Part shown: positions 16,018 to 25,503 of the stretch, in pieces | How positions within the stretch are numbered: the stretch's first letter is position 1 | How the letters are laid out: each line of letters begins with the position of its first letter | Source of the DNA: Schaalia meyeri | GTDB lineage: Bacteria > Actinomycetota > Actinomycetes > Actinomycetales > Actinomycetaceae | Assembly: GCF_900105015.1 (NCBI RefSeq) | Contig: NZ_FNLK01000015.1 | Span: 30,001-62,000 of the forward strand | Direction: 5' to 3' | Length of the DNA stretch: 32,000 nt | Made by a program: the position numbers and the translations under genes | Notes under the pieces: model-generated | The model's database searches: none | Seen by the model: the letters and a program-made list of their open reading frames with translations, nothing else | Told to the model about the DNA's origin: nothing

Positions 16018-17097
16018 TTAGCGTCCCAGCTTTGTCACGGTGAACCAGGCGACGATGGCGCCGAACCACCCGCAGAAGATGATGAGGATGGGCACGCCCA
16101 CCGCCGTCCACCAGGAGGAGGCCGGAGCGAGGAGCCCCCAGGCGCCCCACGCTGCGGGCGTGACGTTGATCGATACGAGCGAGAGCGCGGCGATGGAGAT
16201 TCCGACGGGACGCCTCCTGAACGCCGACGCGACCACCTCGCGGGGGGAGGTCTCCGTGCCGTCGGCGATCTTGGCAGCGTCTTTCCTGCATTGCAGGAGT
16301 ATCACGCGCGTCCCTAGCAGCGACCACAGCATCCCGCACACGAGGGCCGCCGTTCGATGGCCGAACGTATAAAAAACTGTCGCGGCCAGCCAAGCGGCCG
16401 CGTATACGATCTGCAAGCCGATGGATAGCGTGAACAGATTGCCGAATAGTGTCCAGTGCAGCTGGCTCTCGTAGTGGCTGCGCTCGGGATTCGTCTCCAA
16501 AAGCCCGCGGTACAGGCGGCTGCTCTCGTCGGCGTCATCGACCCTCTTCAGCTTGGCGATAGCCTCTCGGGCGCCTGTGTCCCCGGGGTCGATCTCAAGG
16601 ATGCGGCCGTATGCCTCCAACGCCTCGTCCGGATGGGAGCTACGCAGCACAAAACCGCAGGTGTTGAGCACGAAAACGTCCTCGGGGGCGAGGCGCACGG
16701 CCTCGCGCGCCTCGCGTTCCGCCTCCTCCGACCGCCCGTTCCCCCTGAGCACGCGGGCGTGGAGGGCGCGGTAGGGTCCCCACTGCGGGGCGCGTTCGAC
16801 CAACCTGGACGCGTGCTCCAGCGCCAGCGCGGCGTCGGACTCTGTGCCGGCCAACCAGTACAGCGCCTCATTGCTGTCGGGCGCGGCTTGGACAGCGCGT
16901 TTCGCGCTGGCATGGGCCTCGGCGCCCTGGTTCAGCCTCAGGTGAGCGAAGGCGAGGGTGCAGTTCACGTCGACGACCAGTTCCGGATCGGTCTGGGGGA
17001 TGGTTGCGAGCAGTTCGATGGCCTGCTCCTCCCGTCCGAGGTTAATCAGCGCCTCGGCGCGTTCGATCTGAGCGCGAGCGACGTCATCGGCTGGCAT
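16018..17097 (-). CDS. TPR-repeat protein with C-terminal four-TM membrane anchor
   Basis: ATG preceded by GAGGAGGA. The N-terminal ~210 aa consist of repeated helical-hairpin TPR-like units (e.g. AEALINLGREEQAIELL, ALEAYGRILEIDPGD, RLYRGLLETNPE). The C-terminal ~150 aa hold four hydrophobic helices. Confidence 0.8.
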   Translation of the reverse strand: MPADDVARAQIERAEALINLGREEQAIELLATIPQTDPELVVDVNCTLAFAHLRLNQGAEAHASAKRAVQAAPDSNEALYWLAGTESDAALALEHASRLVERAPQWGPYRALHARVLRGNGRSEEAEREAREAVRLAPEDVFVLNTCGFVLRSSHPDEALEAYGRILEIDPGDTGAREAIAKLKRVDDADESSRLYRGLLETNPERSHYESQLHWTLFGNLFTLSIGLQIVYAAAWLAATVFYTFGHRTAALVCGMLWSLLGTRVILLQCRKDAAKIADGTETSPREVVASAFRRRPVGISIAALSLVSINVTPAAWGAWGLLAPASSWWTAVGVPILIIFCGWFGAIVAWFTVTKLGR

Positions 17098-17173
17098 CGG
17101 TCCTCCTCGGGGTGGTTGGGCGGCGTTGGTCAGCGGGGGCCGAACGGGCGCGCGGCATACCCGCGCACCGTGC

Positions 17174-18538
17174 TCACAGCAGCTTGTTGGCTTTCATGTA
17201 GGCGGCGAGTTCGTCGTACTGCCCGTCGCGATTTCCGTAGGCGACGATGTTGCGGGCGGTGGCAAACCAGGGGCCGCCGCTGGGCCGCACCTGCTTCAGG
17301 GCCTTCTTGAAGTCCTGCATGGTGACCATGCGGACGTTGCCGGTCTTCAGGGAGTCCATCATCGCGTACTCGACGGCGCTGTCTGCCAGGTGCGCCAGGT
17401 CCGCGCCCGTGAAACCGGCGGTCTGGCGCGCCAGCTGTGCCAAGTCGATCCCCTCCACGGGACGTGACCGCAGGTGGTGATGGAGGATCGCGTGCCGGGC
17501 GGGTTCATCCGGGGGCAGCACCGCAACGGACCGATCGAAGCGACCGGGCCTGCGCAACGCCGGATCCACGTCCCAGGGGACATTCGTGGCGGCCAGGATA
17601 AAGACCCCCTCGTTCGTGCCGTCGATGCCGTCCATCTCGGTGAGCAGCTGGTTGGTGACGCCCCGCCATCCGGAGCTGGTCGACTGGCTGCGCTTCTGTC
17701 CGATCGCATCAATCTCGTCGAGGAAGAGAACCACGGGTGCGTGGGCGCGGGCGGTCTCGAAGAGGGAGTGGAGATTCGCCTCCGAGTTGCCAATGTACTG
17801 GTCGAGGATGTCGGTGAGGGTGATGTTCATGAAGGAAGCCCCCATCTCGCCGGCGAGGGCTCGCGCAATGTACGTCTTGCCGCATCCCGGGGGTCCGTAG
17901 AGCATGAGGCCGCCCTTGAGGCTCTTGCCGTAGAGACGACGCATCTCCGGATTGCGCAGGGGCGCCAGGAACGCCATTGCGAGGCGGTCCTTGACGGCCT
18001 GCATCCCGCCCACGTCGGCGAGGGTGACGGTGGATGCCTCGACCTCCCACACGCCGTCTTTGCCCCCATCCGTCCCGTCGTTCAGCTCGGGCTCGCTTCC
18101 TTGGAGGAACGCCGGTGCGGGTCCCCCGACCTGCTGCTCGGCGCTGTCCCAGTCGAAGTCTTCTGAGTCCTGGGCCGTGGCCTCCTCGACGGTGTTGTCG
18201 GCCGGTCGCCTCTCGTCCGCCGCCTCCCGGTTCTGCGTCTCCGGCGCGTCGAACGGGGCGCCGCTCTCAGGGGAGTTCCCTGGGCCCGTCTCTGGGGCGT
18301 CGGCGGCCTCTTCTCCGCTGGTGCTTAGGGGCATATGGGGAGCACCGATGGCTTGCCTCATGAGGGCGACGGCGCGCTCGTTGCTCGGCTGTGAGGCCAG
18401 GACAACGCCCAGGTGGGGGACTGCTTCCGCGCCCCGCCCATCCGCGATGAGCAGCTCGGCCAGGTGCTCGCGCAGCGGCAGGTCCTGCGGTCGCTCCGCG
18501 ACGATGGTTGTGAGGGAGTCAATCAATGGGTTCGTCAT
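17174..18538 (-). CDS. classical-clade AAA+ ATPase with N-terminal TPR/MIT-like helical domain and acidic disordered linker
   Basis: Walker A GPPGCGKT, pore-loop YIG, Walker B VVLFLDEIDA and second region of homology ATNVPWDVDPALRRPGRFDRSV. The N-terminal ~65 aa are helical (LREHLAELLIADGRGAEAVPHLGVVLASQP), followed by ~110 acidic low-complexity residues. There is a C-terminal extension after VRPS. Confidence 0.9.
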   Translation of the reverse strand: MTNPLIDSLTTIVAERPQDLPLREHLAELLIADGRGAEAVPHLGVVLASQPSNERAVALMRQAIGAPHMPLSTSGEEAADAPETGPGNSPESGAPFDAPETQNREAADERRPADNTVEEATAQDSEDFDWDSAEQQVGGPAPAFLQGSEPELNDGTDGGKDGVWEVEASTVTLADVGGMQAVKDRLAMAFLAPLRNPEMRRLYGKSLKGGLMLYGPPGCGKTYIARALAGEMGASFMNITLTDILDQYIGNSEANLHSLFETARAHAPVVLFLDEIDAIGQKRSQSTSSGWRGVTNQLLTEMDGIDGTNEGVFILAATNVPWDVDPALRRPGRFDRSVAVLPPDEPARHAILHHHLRSRPVEGIDLAQLARQTAGFTGADLAHLADSAVEYAMMDSLKTGNVRMVTMQDFKKALKQVRPSGGPWFATARNIVAYGNRDGQYDELAAYMKANKLL

Positions 18539-18699
18539 ACATTCAGCCTACCGCGCAGTGTGGTCGGGACAATTTGGGCCCCTCCGGTGGGCGCATGCCC
18601 GCCGGGGATGAGTGTCCTCGGCCCCCGCCCCGAGGGGCTCCCGGTCGGCGGCGCGCCGAGGCGTGGGCGGGGCCGGGGTGCGTGTGCTGACACACCGTT

Positions 18700-19281
18700 T
18701 TACAGCGTGCGGGCGACGATGCGGCGTTGCGCCTGCCAAGAGCGCCACGCGTTGATCAGCCCCATGGCCAGGGGCAGGGAAACCAGGGCTGCCAGCATGG
18801 ATGATTCGGCGGCGATGGCGACACCCGCGACGGCCAGGAATCCGACGAACCAGGCCAGCTGCATGCGCGCGCAGGCGGTCATGATGGAGCCGTCGGCGCG
18901 GGCGGCGCGCAGCGCGACGTGGGAGTCGGAAAAGATGACCAGATCTTCGTTCCCGGACCATTCGCGGCGCCATTGCCGGTCTGTCACCATGAGGGCAGCC
19001 AGGAGCGCCAGGAGAACCAGGCCTCCCCCGGTGATGAGGATGATGACTGCGAGGGCGAACTTTTGGGTGCTCGGCTCTGGCATGGCGGCCATTTCGACGA
19101 CGGCGATGATGGAGCTGACAGAGACGATGAGGAGGACGGTGACGACGACGATGGCGAGATTGATGCGTCCCGCGATCGTTTGTCCGGCCCGCACGCGGTT
19201 GTAGCGACGCAACCTGTCGTTACCCAAGCGGTAGGGCCTGGGCGTCGCATCGAATTCTGCGGATTTGTATCTCACCCTCAC
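18700..19281 (-). CDS. hypothetical polytopic membrane protein
   Basis: 193 aa, G/C-rich third positions. The architecture is 2 TM, a ~35-aa soluble insert and 2 TM. It has a GTG start without an obvious SD (GTG 19281 or 19275). Confidence 0.65.
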   Translation of the reverse strand: MRVRYKSAEFDATPRPYRLGNDRLRRYNRVRAGQTIAGRINLAIVVVTVLLIVSVSSIIAVVEMAAMPEPSTQKFALAVIILITGGGLVLLALLAALMVTDRQWRREWSGNEDLVIFSDSHVALRAARADGSIMTACARMQLAWFVGFLAVAGVAIAAESSMLAALVSLPLAMGLINAWRSWQAQRRIVARTL

Positions 19282-19300
19282 ACCATATCGTTGATTGTTG

Positions 19301-19330
19301 ATATTTCGCGCCTTTCCCGAAAATTGTCAA
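19301..19330 (-). promoter_or_regulatory. candidate promoter for the 18700-19281 gene
   Basis: On the minus strand: a perfect TTGACA (19330-19325), an 18-bp spacer and a weak -10 AAATAT (19306-19301). It lies in an AT-rich island just upstream of the GTG start. Confidence 0.3.
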
Positions 19331-19797
19331 GTGTCAAATCCGTAACATTTTTAACGGTCAGCATACGGGCAAAATGCGACGCGAACCCGCCACCGACCAC
19401 CCGTTGACGATCCCGTGTCGGCGACCGTGTTGCGGACGGCACCCGATCCGGCGACAACGACCGCCCGCGCGAATGCCACGGCCGAGGCGCCCAGGGGTGA
19501 GGATTTTCGCGGCATCGCGGGAGGATGGGCGCGCCCCACACCCGGGCTGAGCAGGCGTATTATGCTCGGGCGATGCTGCTGATCCGCACGCCGAGGGGCG
19601 GCTCCCGGGTGGCCTCATAAGCTCTCGGGTGCAGGAGAACACCGCGGCCAGCGCACCCCGGGCCAGCCTGTGACACCCGATCGGTCGTGTCCAATGTTTG
19701 ACACCGCGTTGCACACAGGGGATCGGTCGGAGTAGGCTGCCCGGCAAGCAACGCGTCACCGGCGAGTGTTGCAGCACCGTATCGTTGGAGTGAATCG

Positions 19798-20094
19798 ATG
19801 AGCACCCCCAAGTGTTTCGGCGGTGGATTCATCAGCACCCGGCTCAAGGACATCCCCATCCCGCCCGCCCCTTCCACCGGCAGCGCCCACAACGTGCTCC
19901 TGACCAGCCACCTGGCCGCACTGAACAACACCATCAGCCAGGTCGCCTGGATCGCAAACGGAATCAGCCTGGGCCTGTCGGCCGCCACACACGATTTCCA
20001 GTGCACGGACGACGCGGCCGCCGACGCGCTCCACGAAATCCAGCGATACAACGACCTGTATAACAACCGCTACCCTGTGCGGCCCTCCATGTAA
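19798..20094 (+). CDS. hypothetical small protein (98 aa)
   Basis: ATG preceded by GGAG 9 nt upstream. Third codon positions are overwhelmingly G/C, unlike the flanking non-coding DNA. The core is predicted helical (HNVLLTSHLAALNNTISQVAWIANGISLGLSAATHDF). No family recognised. Confidence 0.6.
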   Translation: MSTPKCFGGGFISTRLKDIPIPPAPSTGSAHNVLLTSHLAALNNTISQVAWIANGISLGLSAATHDFQCTDDAAADALHEIQRYNDLYNNRYPVRPSM

Positions 20095-20145
20095 AGATGA
20101 GGCCCCCGACCGCGGCGCGTCCCGCGTCCGACCCCGGAGCGGTAA

Positions 20146-21219
<1,074 letters not shown>

Positions 21220-21251
21220 GCCCCGCCCGGCCCGCTGTGAACTGATCGCGG

Positions 21252-21273
21252 GCATCGGCGCATCCGCCGATGC
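21252..21273 (+). terminator. terminator-like hairpin after nrdF
   Basis: 9-bp stem GCATCGGCG / CGCCGATGC with a CATC loop, 32 nt after the stop. There is no clear U-tract. Confidence 0.5.
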
Positions 21274-21635
21274 GGGTATGTCCGCCTCTGCGGGCGCGCC
21301 CGCGTCCGCCTGCCCAACACGAGAGGCCCGACGCCTGGACGGGACTCACCCGGGCCGACGAGGACGCCCGATCGGAGCCAGACTTTGTTTGCTCCCGCAC
21401 ACTTACAATCACATATGCAACAATTACACCAGAAGTCACAGGCGCATCGTTATGAGGTATTCCCCGCCATGACGCGCCTCGCACGCGGGCGCACAAACCT
21501 CATCTCGACGCAAACATCCCAGTAGATAGAGCCACGGCACTTGCCACGGCGGCTAGACTGTGACTGGGAGCGGCCTCGCTTCCACCCAAATCGTACGTCG
21601 CGCACACCGCGCGGGGGAATGAGGAGAGCACGACT

Positions 21636-22337
21636 ATGAGCATCTTCGACCGCTTCGAGAGCGCCGTCGAGAGAGGCGTCAACGGCGCCTTCTCGCGCGT
21701 GTTTCGGTCGGGGATCAAGCCCGTGGACATCACCACGGCGATCCGCCGCGCCATGGACGAATCCGTCCAGGAAGTCTCCGCCACGCGCATCATCGCCGCG
21801 AACCACTTCACGGTCTACTCCTCGCGCGCCGACCTGTCCTCCCTCGAAGCCTCACTGGACGTCCTCGCCGACGAATTCGCCCAGCAGGCAACCGAGCACG
21901 CCTCGGCGAACAGCTACTCGCTCCTGGGACCCGTCACGATCGAATTCGTCGCAGACGCCACGGAACCCAGCGGCACCCTGAAGGTTGACGCAGAAAACCG
22001 CAGGGGACCCGCCGCGCCCGCCACGGCCTCGTCCGCATCCCCCGAACACCCCATCATCGACATCGACGGCGACAAGTGGCTGCTGACCGAACCCGTCACC
22101 GTCATCGGGCGCGGCTCTGAGGCGGACATCGTTGTCAACGACTCGGGCGTCTCGCGTCGCCACCTCGAACTGCGCATCACCCCCTCCGGCGTGATCGCCA
22201 CGGACCTCGGCTCCACCAACGGATCCTTCGTCGAAGGCCACCGGATCGACGCCGCAACCCTGCTCGACGGCAACCAGATCGTCATCGGACGCACCAAGAT
22301 CCTCTTCTGGACCCATCCAGACCAGAGCGGAGTTTAA
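21636..22337 (+). CDS. fhaA: FHA-domain protein FhaA (DUF3662 plus FHA)
   Basis: N-terminus MSIFDRFESAVERGVNGAFSRVF (FhaA-type). The C-terminal FHA domain has VIGRGSEADIVVNDSGVSRRHLEL and STNGSFV. GAGGAGAG RBS. It is the first gene of the conserved cluster. Confidence 0.9.
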   Translation: MSIFDRFESAVERGVNGAFSRVFRSGIKPVDITTAIRRAMDESVQEVSATRIIAANHFTVYSSRADLSSLEASLDVLADEFAQQATEHASANSYSLLGPVTIEFVADATEPSGTLKVDAENRRGPAAPATASSASPEHPIIDIDGDKWLLTEPVTVIGRGSEADIVVNDSGVSRRHLELRITPSGVIATDLGSTNGSFVEGHRIDAATLLDGNQIVIGRTKILFWTHPDQSGV

Positions 22338-22341
22338 TGAA

Positions 22342-22842
22342 GTGACCACAGACCTCGCATTCACTGTCTTCCGCATCGGTTTCCTGGTGCTGCTCTGGCT
22401 CCTCGTGCTCGCCGCCGTCAACACGCTGCGACGCGACATCTTCGGCACCGTCGTCACCCCGCGCGGCAAGGGACGAGACAAGGCTGCTTCACGCCGAAAA
22501 GCCTCACGCGACAAACGCAAAGAAAAAAAGGCCACCCCCGCGAACCCGCTGGCCCCCAAAGACCTCCTGGTCACCGGCGGGCCGCTGGTCGGCACCATGC
22601 TGCCCCTGGGCGAGGCCCCCATCGTCATCGGCCGCTCGCCCGCGTGCACCCTGGTGCTCGAAGACGAATACGCATCCAGCCGCCACGCGGCGCTCACCCC
22701 CCAGTCCGACGGCTGGTGGATCGAAGACCTCTCCAGCCGAAACGGCACCTTCATCGACGACGAACGGCTGACCACCCCGCGCCAGCTCAAGATCGGCGAC
22801 GTTATCCGCATCGGCCAAACCACTTTGGAATTGGTGGGTTGA
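22342..22842 (+). CDS. fhaB: membrane-anchored FHA-domain protein FhaB/FipA
   Basis: GTG start, one N-terminal TM helix and a basic linker. The FHA domain has IVIGRSPACTLVLEDEYASSRHAAL and SRNGTFI. Confidence 0.88.
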   Translation: MTTDLAFTVFRIGFLVLLWLLVLAAVNTLRRDIFGTVVTPRGKGRDKAASRRKASRDKRKEKKATPANPLAPKDLLVTGGPLVGTMLPLGEAPIVIGRSPACTLVLEDEYASSRHAALTPQSDGWWIEDLSSRNGTFIDDERLTTPRQLKIGDVIRIGQTTLELVG

Positions 22843-22843
22843 C

Positions 22844-24118
22844 ATGTCAGGAAACGCCGTTCAATTCCACTACGCTGCCCGCTCGGACGTGGGCCTGGTG
22901 CGCTCGAACAACCAGGACTCCGGTTACTCCGGAGCCAACCTGCTGGTCCTCGCCGACGGCATGGGCGGACCCGCCGGAGGCGACATCGCTTCCTCCGTTG
23001 CCCTGGCGCACCTGGTCCCCCTCGACACGGACTCACACCCGGCGGACTCGATGCTGCCCCTCCTGCGCGAAGCCCTCCTGGACGCGCACGAGGAACTCAC
23101 CGACCGCTCCAGCCGCGACCGCGACCTTGAGGGGCTGGGGACTACCTGCATCGCGCTCATGCGCAGCGGTAACCGCCTGGCGATGGTCCACATCGGCGAC
23201 TCGCGCGCCTACGTGCTGCGCGGCGACACCCTCACGCAGGTCACGACCGACCACTCCTTCGTCCAATACCTGGTCGATACCGGCCAGATCACGCCGGAGG
23301 AAGCGGAACACCACCCCAACCGCAACGTCGTGCTAAAGATCCTCGGTGACGCCCAGGCCGACGTGGCCCCCGACGAAACGATCCGCGAGGCCGTCGTCGG
23401 CGACCGCTGGATGCTGTGCTCCGACGGCCTCTCCGGCCTGGTGTCCCCCGAAACCATCGGCCAGGTCATGGCCGACTTCAAGGACCCCGGCGAATGCGCG
23501 GACGAACTGGTCCGCCTGGCGCTGCTGGGGGGCGGACCCGACAACATCACGTGCGTCATCGCCGACATCGTTCCCGCCGGCGCCTTCCCCCCCGCTCCCC
23601 CGCAGATCGTCGGCGCCGCAGCCCTCGACCGCAACGCCAGGTCGCGCGGCGGCGACGGGGCGGCGGCGCGCGCCGCCGCCCTGGGGTCCTCGTCCTCGGA
23701 AAACGGCGGGGACGACGACGAGGCGTCCGACGACCTCAAGCCCCCCACCTCCTGGTGGACGCCCGTGTTCATCTCGCTCGTGACGGTCCTCGTGGTGGCC
23801 GCCTCGTGGATGTCCTGGATGTGGACGCAAACCCAGTACTACGCGATCGGCCAAGACGGGTACGTCGTCATCTACCAGGGCATCCCCCAGTCGATTGGCC
23901 CATGGCAGCTCTCTCACGCCGTCGAAGTATCCAACGTGGCCCTGGCCGACCTGGCACCCGTGGACCGACAGCGCCTGGACACCCCGGTCCTGCGCTCCTC
24001 GCGCGCCGACATCGACGCCTATATTGAGGGACTCAGGCGCTCCATTGCCGACGCCTCGTCCTCGAACCCCCAGTCCGGCGCGAAACAGTCGGGAGCGCAG
24101 AGCGGAGGCGCCTCGTAA
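22844..24118 (+). CDS. pstP: PP2C-family Ser/Thr phosphatase PstP
   Basis: Motifs RSNNQDS, LADGMGGPAGGDIAS, LCSDGL and GGPDNITCV, with a C-terminal TM helix. It starts 1 nt after the fhaB stop. Confidence 0.93.
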   Translation: MSGNAVQFHYAARSDVGLVRSNNQDSGYSGANLLVLADGMGGPAGGDIASSVALAHLVPLDTDSHPADSMLPLLREALLDAHEELTDRSSRDRDLEGLGTTCIALMRSGNRLAMVHIGDSRAYVLRGDTLTQVTTDHSFVQYLVDTGQITPEEAEHHPNRNVVLKILGDAQADVAPDETIREAVVGDRWMLCSDGLSGLVSPETIGQVMADFKDPGECADELVRLALLGGGPDNITCVIADIVPAGAFPPAPPQIVGAAALDRNARSRGGDGAAARAAALGSSSSENGGDDDEASDDLKPPTSWWTPVFISLVTVLVVAASWMSWMWTQTQYYAIGQDGYVVIYQGIPQSIGPWQLSHAVEVSNVALADLAPVDRQRLDTPVLRSSRADIDAYIEGLRRSIADASSSNPQSGAKQSGAQSGGAS

Positions 24119-25503
24119 TGGCCACCGTATCGATCGCGCCGGCCAGGCCGCGCCGCTTCCTGGAGCTGACCCTCATGGGGCTGGCCCTGTTCGTGGGCAT
24201 CGCTGGCTACGTGCTGACCTCGCTGAACTACACGGGGGAGATCCCCGCGGACCTGCTGACCCAGGTGGGCGTGCTCGTCGTGCTGGCCGTCATCGCCGAG
24301 GTCGGGGTGCATTTCCTGGCCCCCTACGCGGACCCGGTGATCCTGCCGATCGCCGTTGCACTGACCGGCCTGGGGCTGGCAATGATCTACCGCCTGGACC
24401 TGTCCTACGCCCGCAGGGGAGAGCCCGTGGTCGGCTTCCGGCAGGCCCTGTTCGTGGGCATCGCGATCGTCATCGCCGCCATCATCCTGATCACGCTGCG
24501 CGACCACCGGATGCTGCGCCGCTACACATACACCTTCGGCGCGCTCTCCCTGTTTCTGCTGCTGCTGCCGATGATCCCGGGGCTGGGCCAGGAAACCTTC
24601 GGCGCGCGCGTGTGGATCCACCTGGGGCCCATTTCGGTACAGCCGGGCGAACTGGTAAAGATCACGCTGGCGGTCTTCTTCGCCGGCTACCTGGTGACGA
24701 ACCGCGACAACCTGGCGATCGGCGGCCGCAAATTCCTAGGAATGCGGCTGCCCCGCGCACGCGACCTGGGACCCATCATGGTGGTGTGGCTGATCGGCAT
24801 CGCGATCCTGGTCCTCCAGCGCGACCTGGGGACCTCGCTGCTGTTCTTCGGATTGTTCGTAGCGATGCTGTACGTGGCCACGAACCGCGTCTCATGGCTG
24901 GTCATCGGCTTCACGCTGTTCATTCCGGCAGTCTTCATTGCCGTCCAGTCCTTCAGCCACGTCCGCACGCGCTTCAACGTGTGGATGAACGCCCTGGATT
25001 CCGACGTTTACAACAACGGCTCGTATCAGCTGGTGCAGGGTCTCTTCGGCCAGGCCTCCGGCGGATTGATGGGCACGGGCTGGGGGCGCGGCTACCCGCA
25101 GCTGGTACCCCTGGCAAACTCGGACTTTATCCTGTCCTCCTTCGCCGAGGAGCTGGGACTGATGGGCCTGGCGGCGATCCTCGTCCTGTACCTGATCCTC
25201 ATCCAGCGCGGCCTGCGCGCCGCGCTGGCGGTGCGCGACGGCTTCGGCAAACTCCTGGCGACAGGCCTGAGCTTCTCGCTGGCGATTCAGCTGTTCGTCG
25301 TGCTCGGCGGCATCACCAGGATCATTCCGCTGACCGGCCTGACCGCCCCCTTCCTGGCGGCCGGCGGATCCTCGATGGTGTCCTCGTGGATCACGGTCGC
25401 GCTGCTGATCCGCGTGTCGGACGCGGCCAGGCGCCCGGCGTCAACACCGGCGCCGTGGAACTCAGGTATCCAACCGGCCGTGGGAGCGGGTGAAGCCTCG
25501 TGA
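24118..25503 (+). CDS. rodA: SEDS-family peptidoglycan glycosyltransferase (FtsW/RodA)
   Basis: About ten TM segments and a conserved loop VQPGELVKI. TAATG overlap with pstP. Its position in the cluster matches rodA. Confidence 0.93.
   Translation: MATVSIAPARPRRFLELTLMGLALFVGIAGYVLTSLNYTGEIPADLLTQVGVLVVLAVIAEVGVHFLAPYADPVILPIAVALTGLGLAMIYRLDLSYARRGEPVVGFRQALFVGIAIVIAAIILITLRDHRMLRRYTYTFGALSLFLLLLPMIPGLGQETFGARVWIHLGPISVQPGELVKITLAVFFAGYLVTNRDNLAIGGRKFLGMRLPRARDLGPIMVVWLIGIAILVLQRDLGTSLLFFGLFVAMLYVATNRVSWLVIGFTLFIPAVFIAVQSFSHVRTRFNVWMNALDSDVYNNGSYQLVQGLFGQASGGLMGTGWGRGYPQLVPLANSDFILSSFAEELGLMGLAAILVLYLILIQRGLRAALAVRDGFGKLLATGLSFSLAIQLFVVLGGITRIIPLTGLTAPFLAAGGSSMVSSWITVALLIRVSDAARRPASTPAPWNSGIQPAVGAGEAS

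Noticed and set aside
17174-20094. Interpretation as a type VII secretion EccA-like ATPase (TPR plus AAA) with the 98-aa protein as an Esx/EspC-like substrate.
   Set aside because: The ATPase has a classical-clade AAA signature (pore-loop YIG, full SRH) rather than the CbbX-like EccA type. The small protein lacks a WxG turn and a YxxxD/E export motif. No EccB/C/D or mycosin genes are nearby.
21220-21635. A tRNA or other RNA gene upstream of fhaA; some actinobacteria have a tRNA-Leu next to this cluster.
   Set aside because: I could find no T-loop-like GGTTCGAATCC-type motif or cloverleaf-compatible inverted repeats. I see only a terminator-like hairpin and an AT-rich promoter-like patch (TACAAT at 21394-21399, too weak to call).
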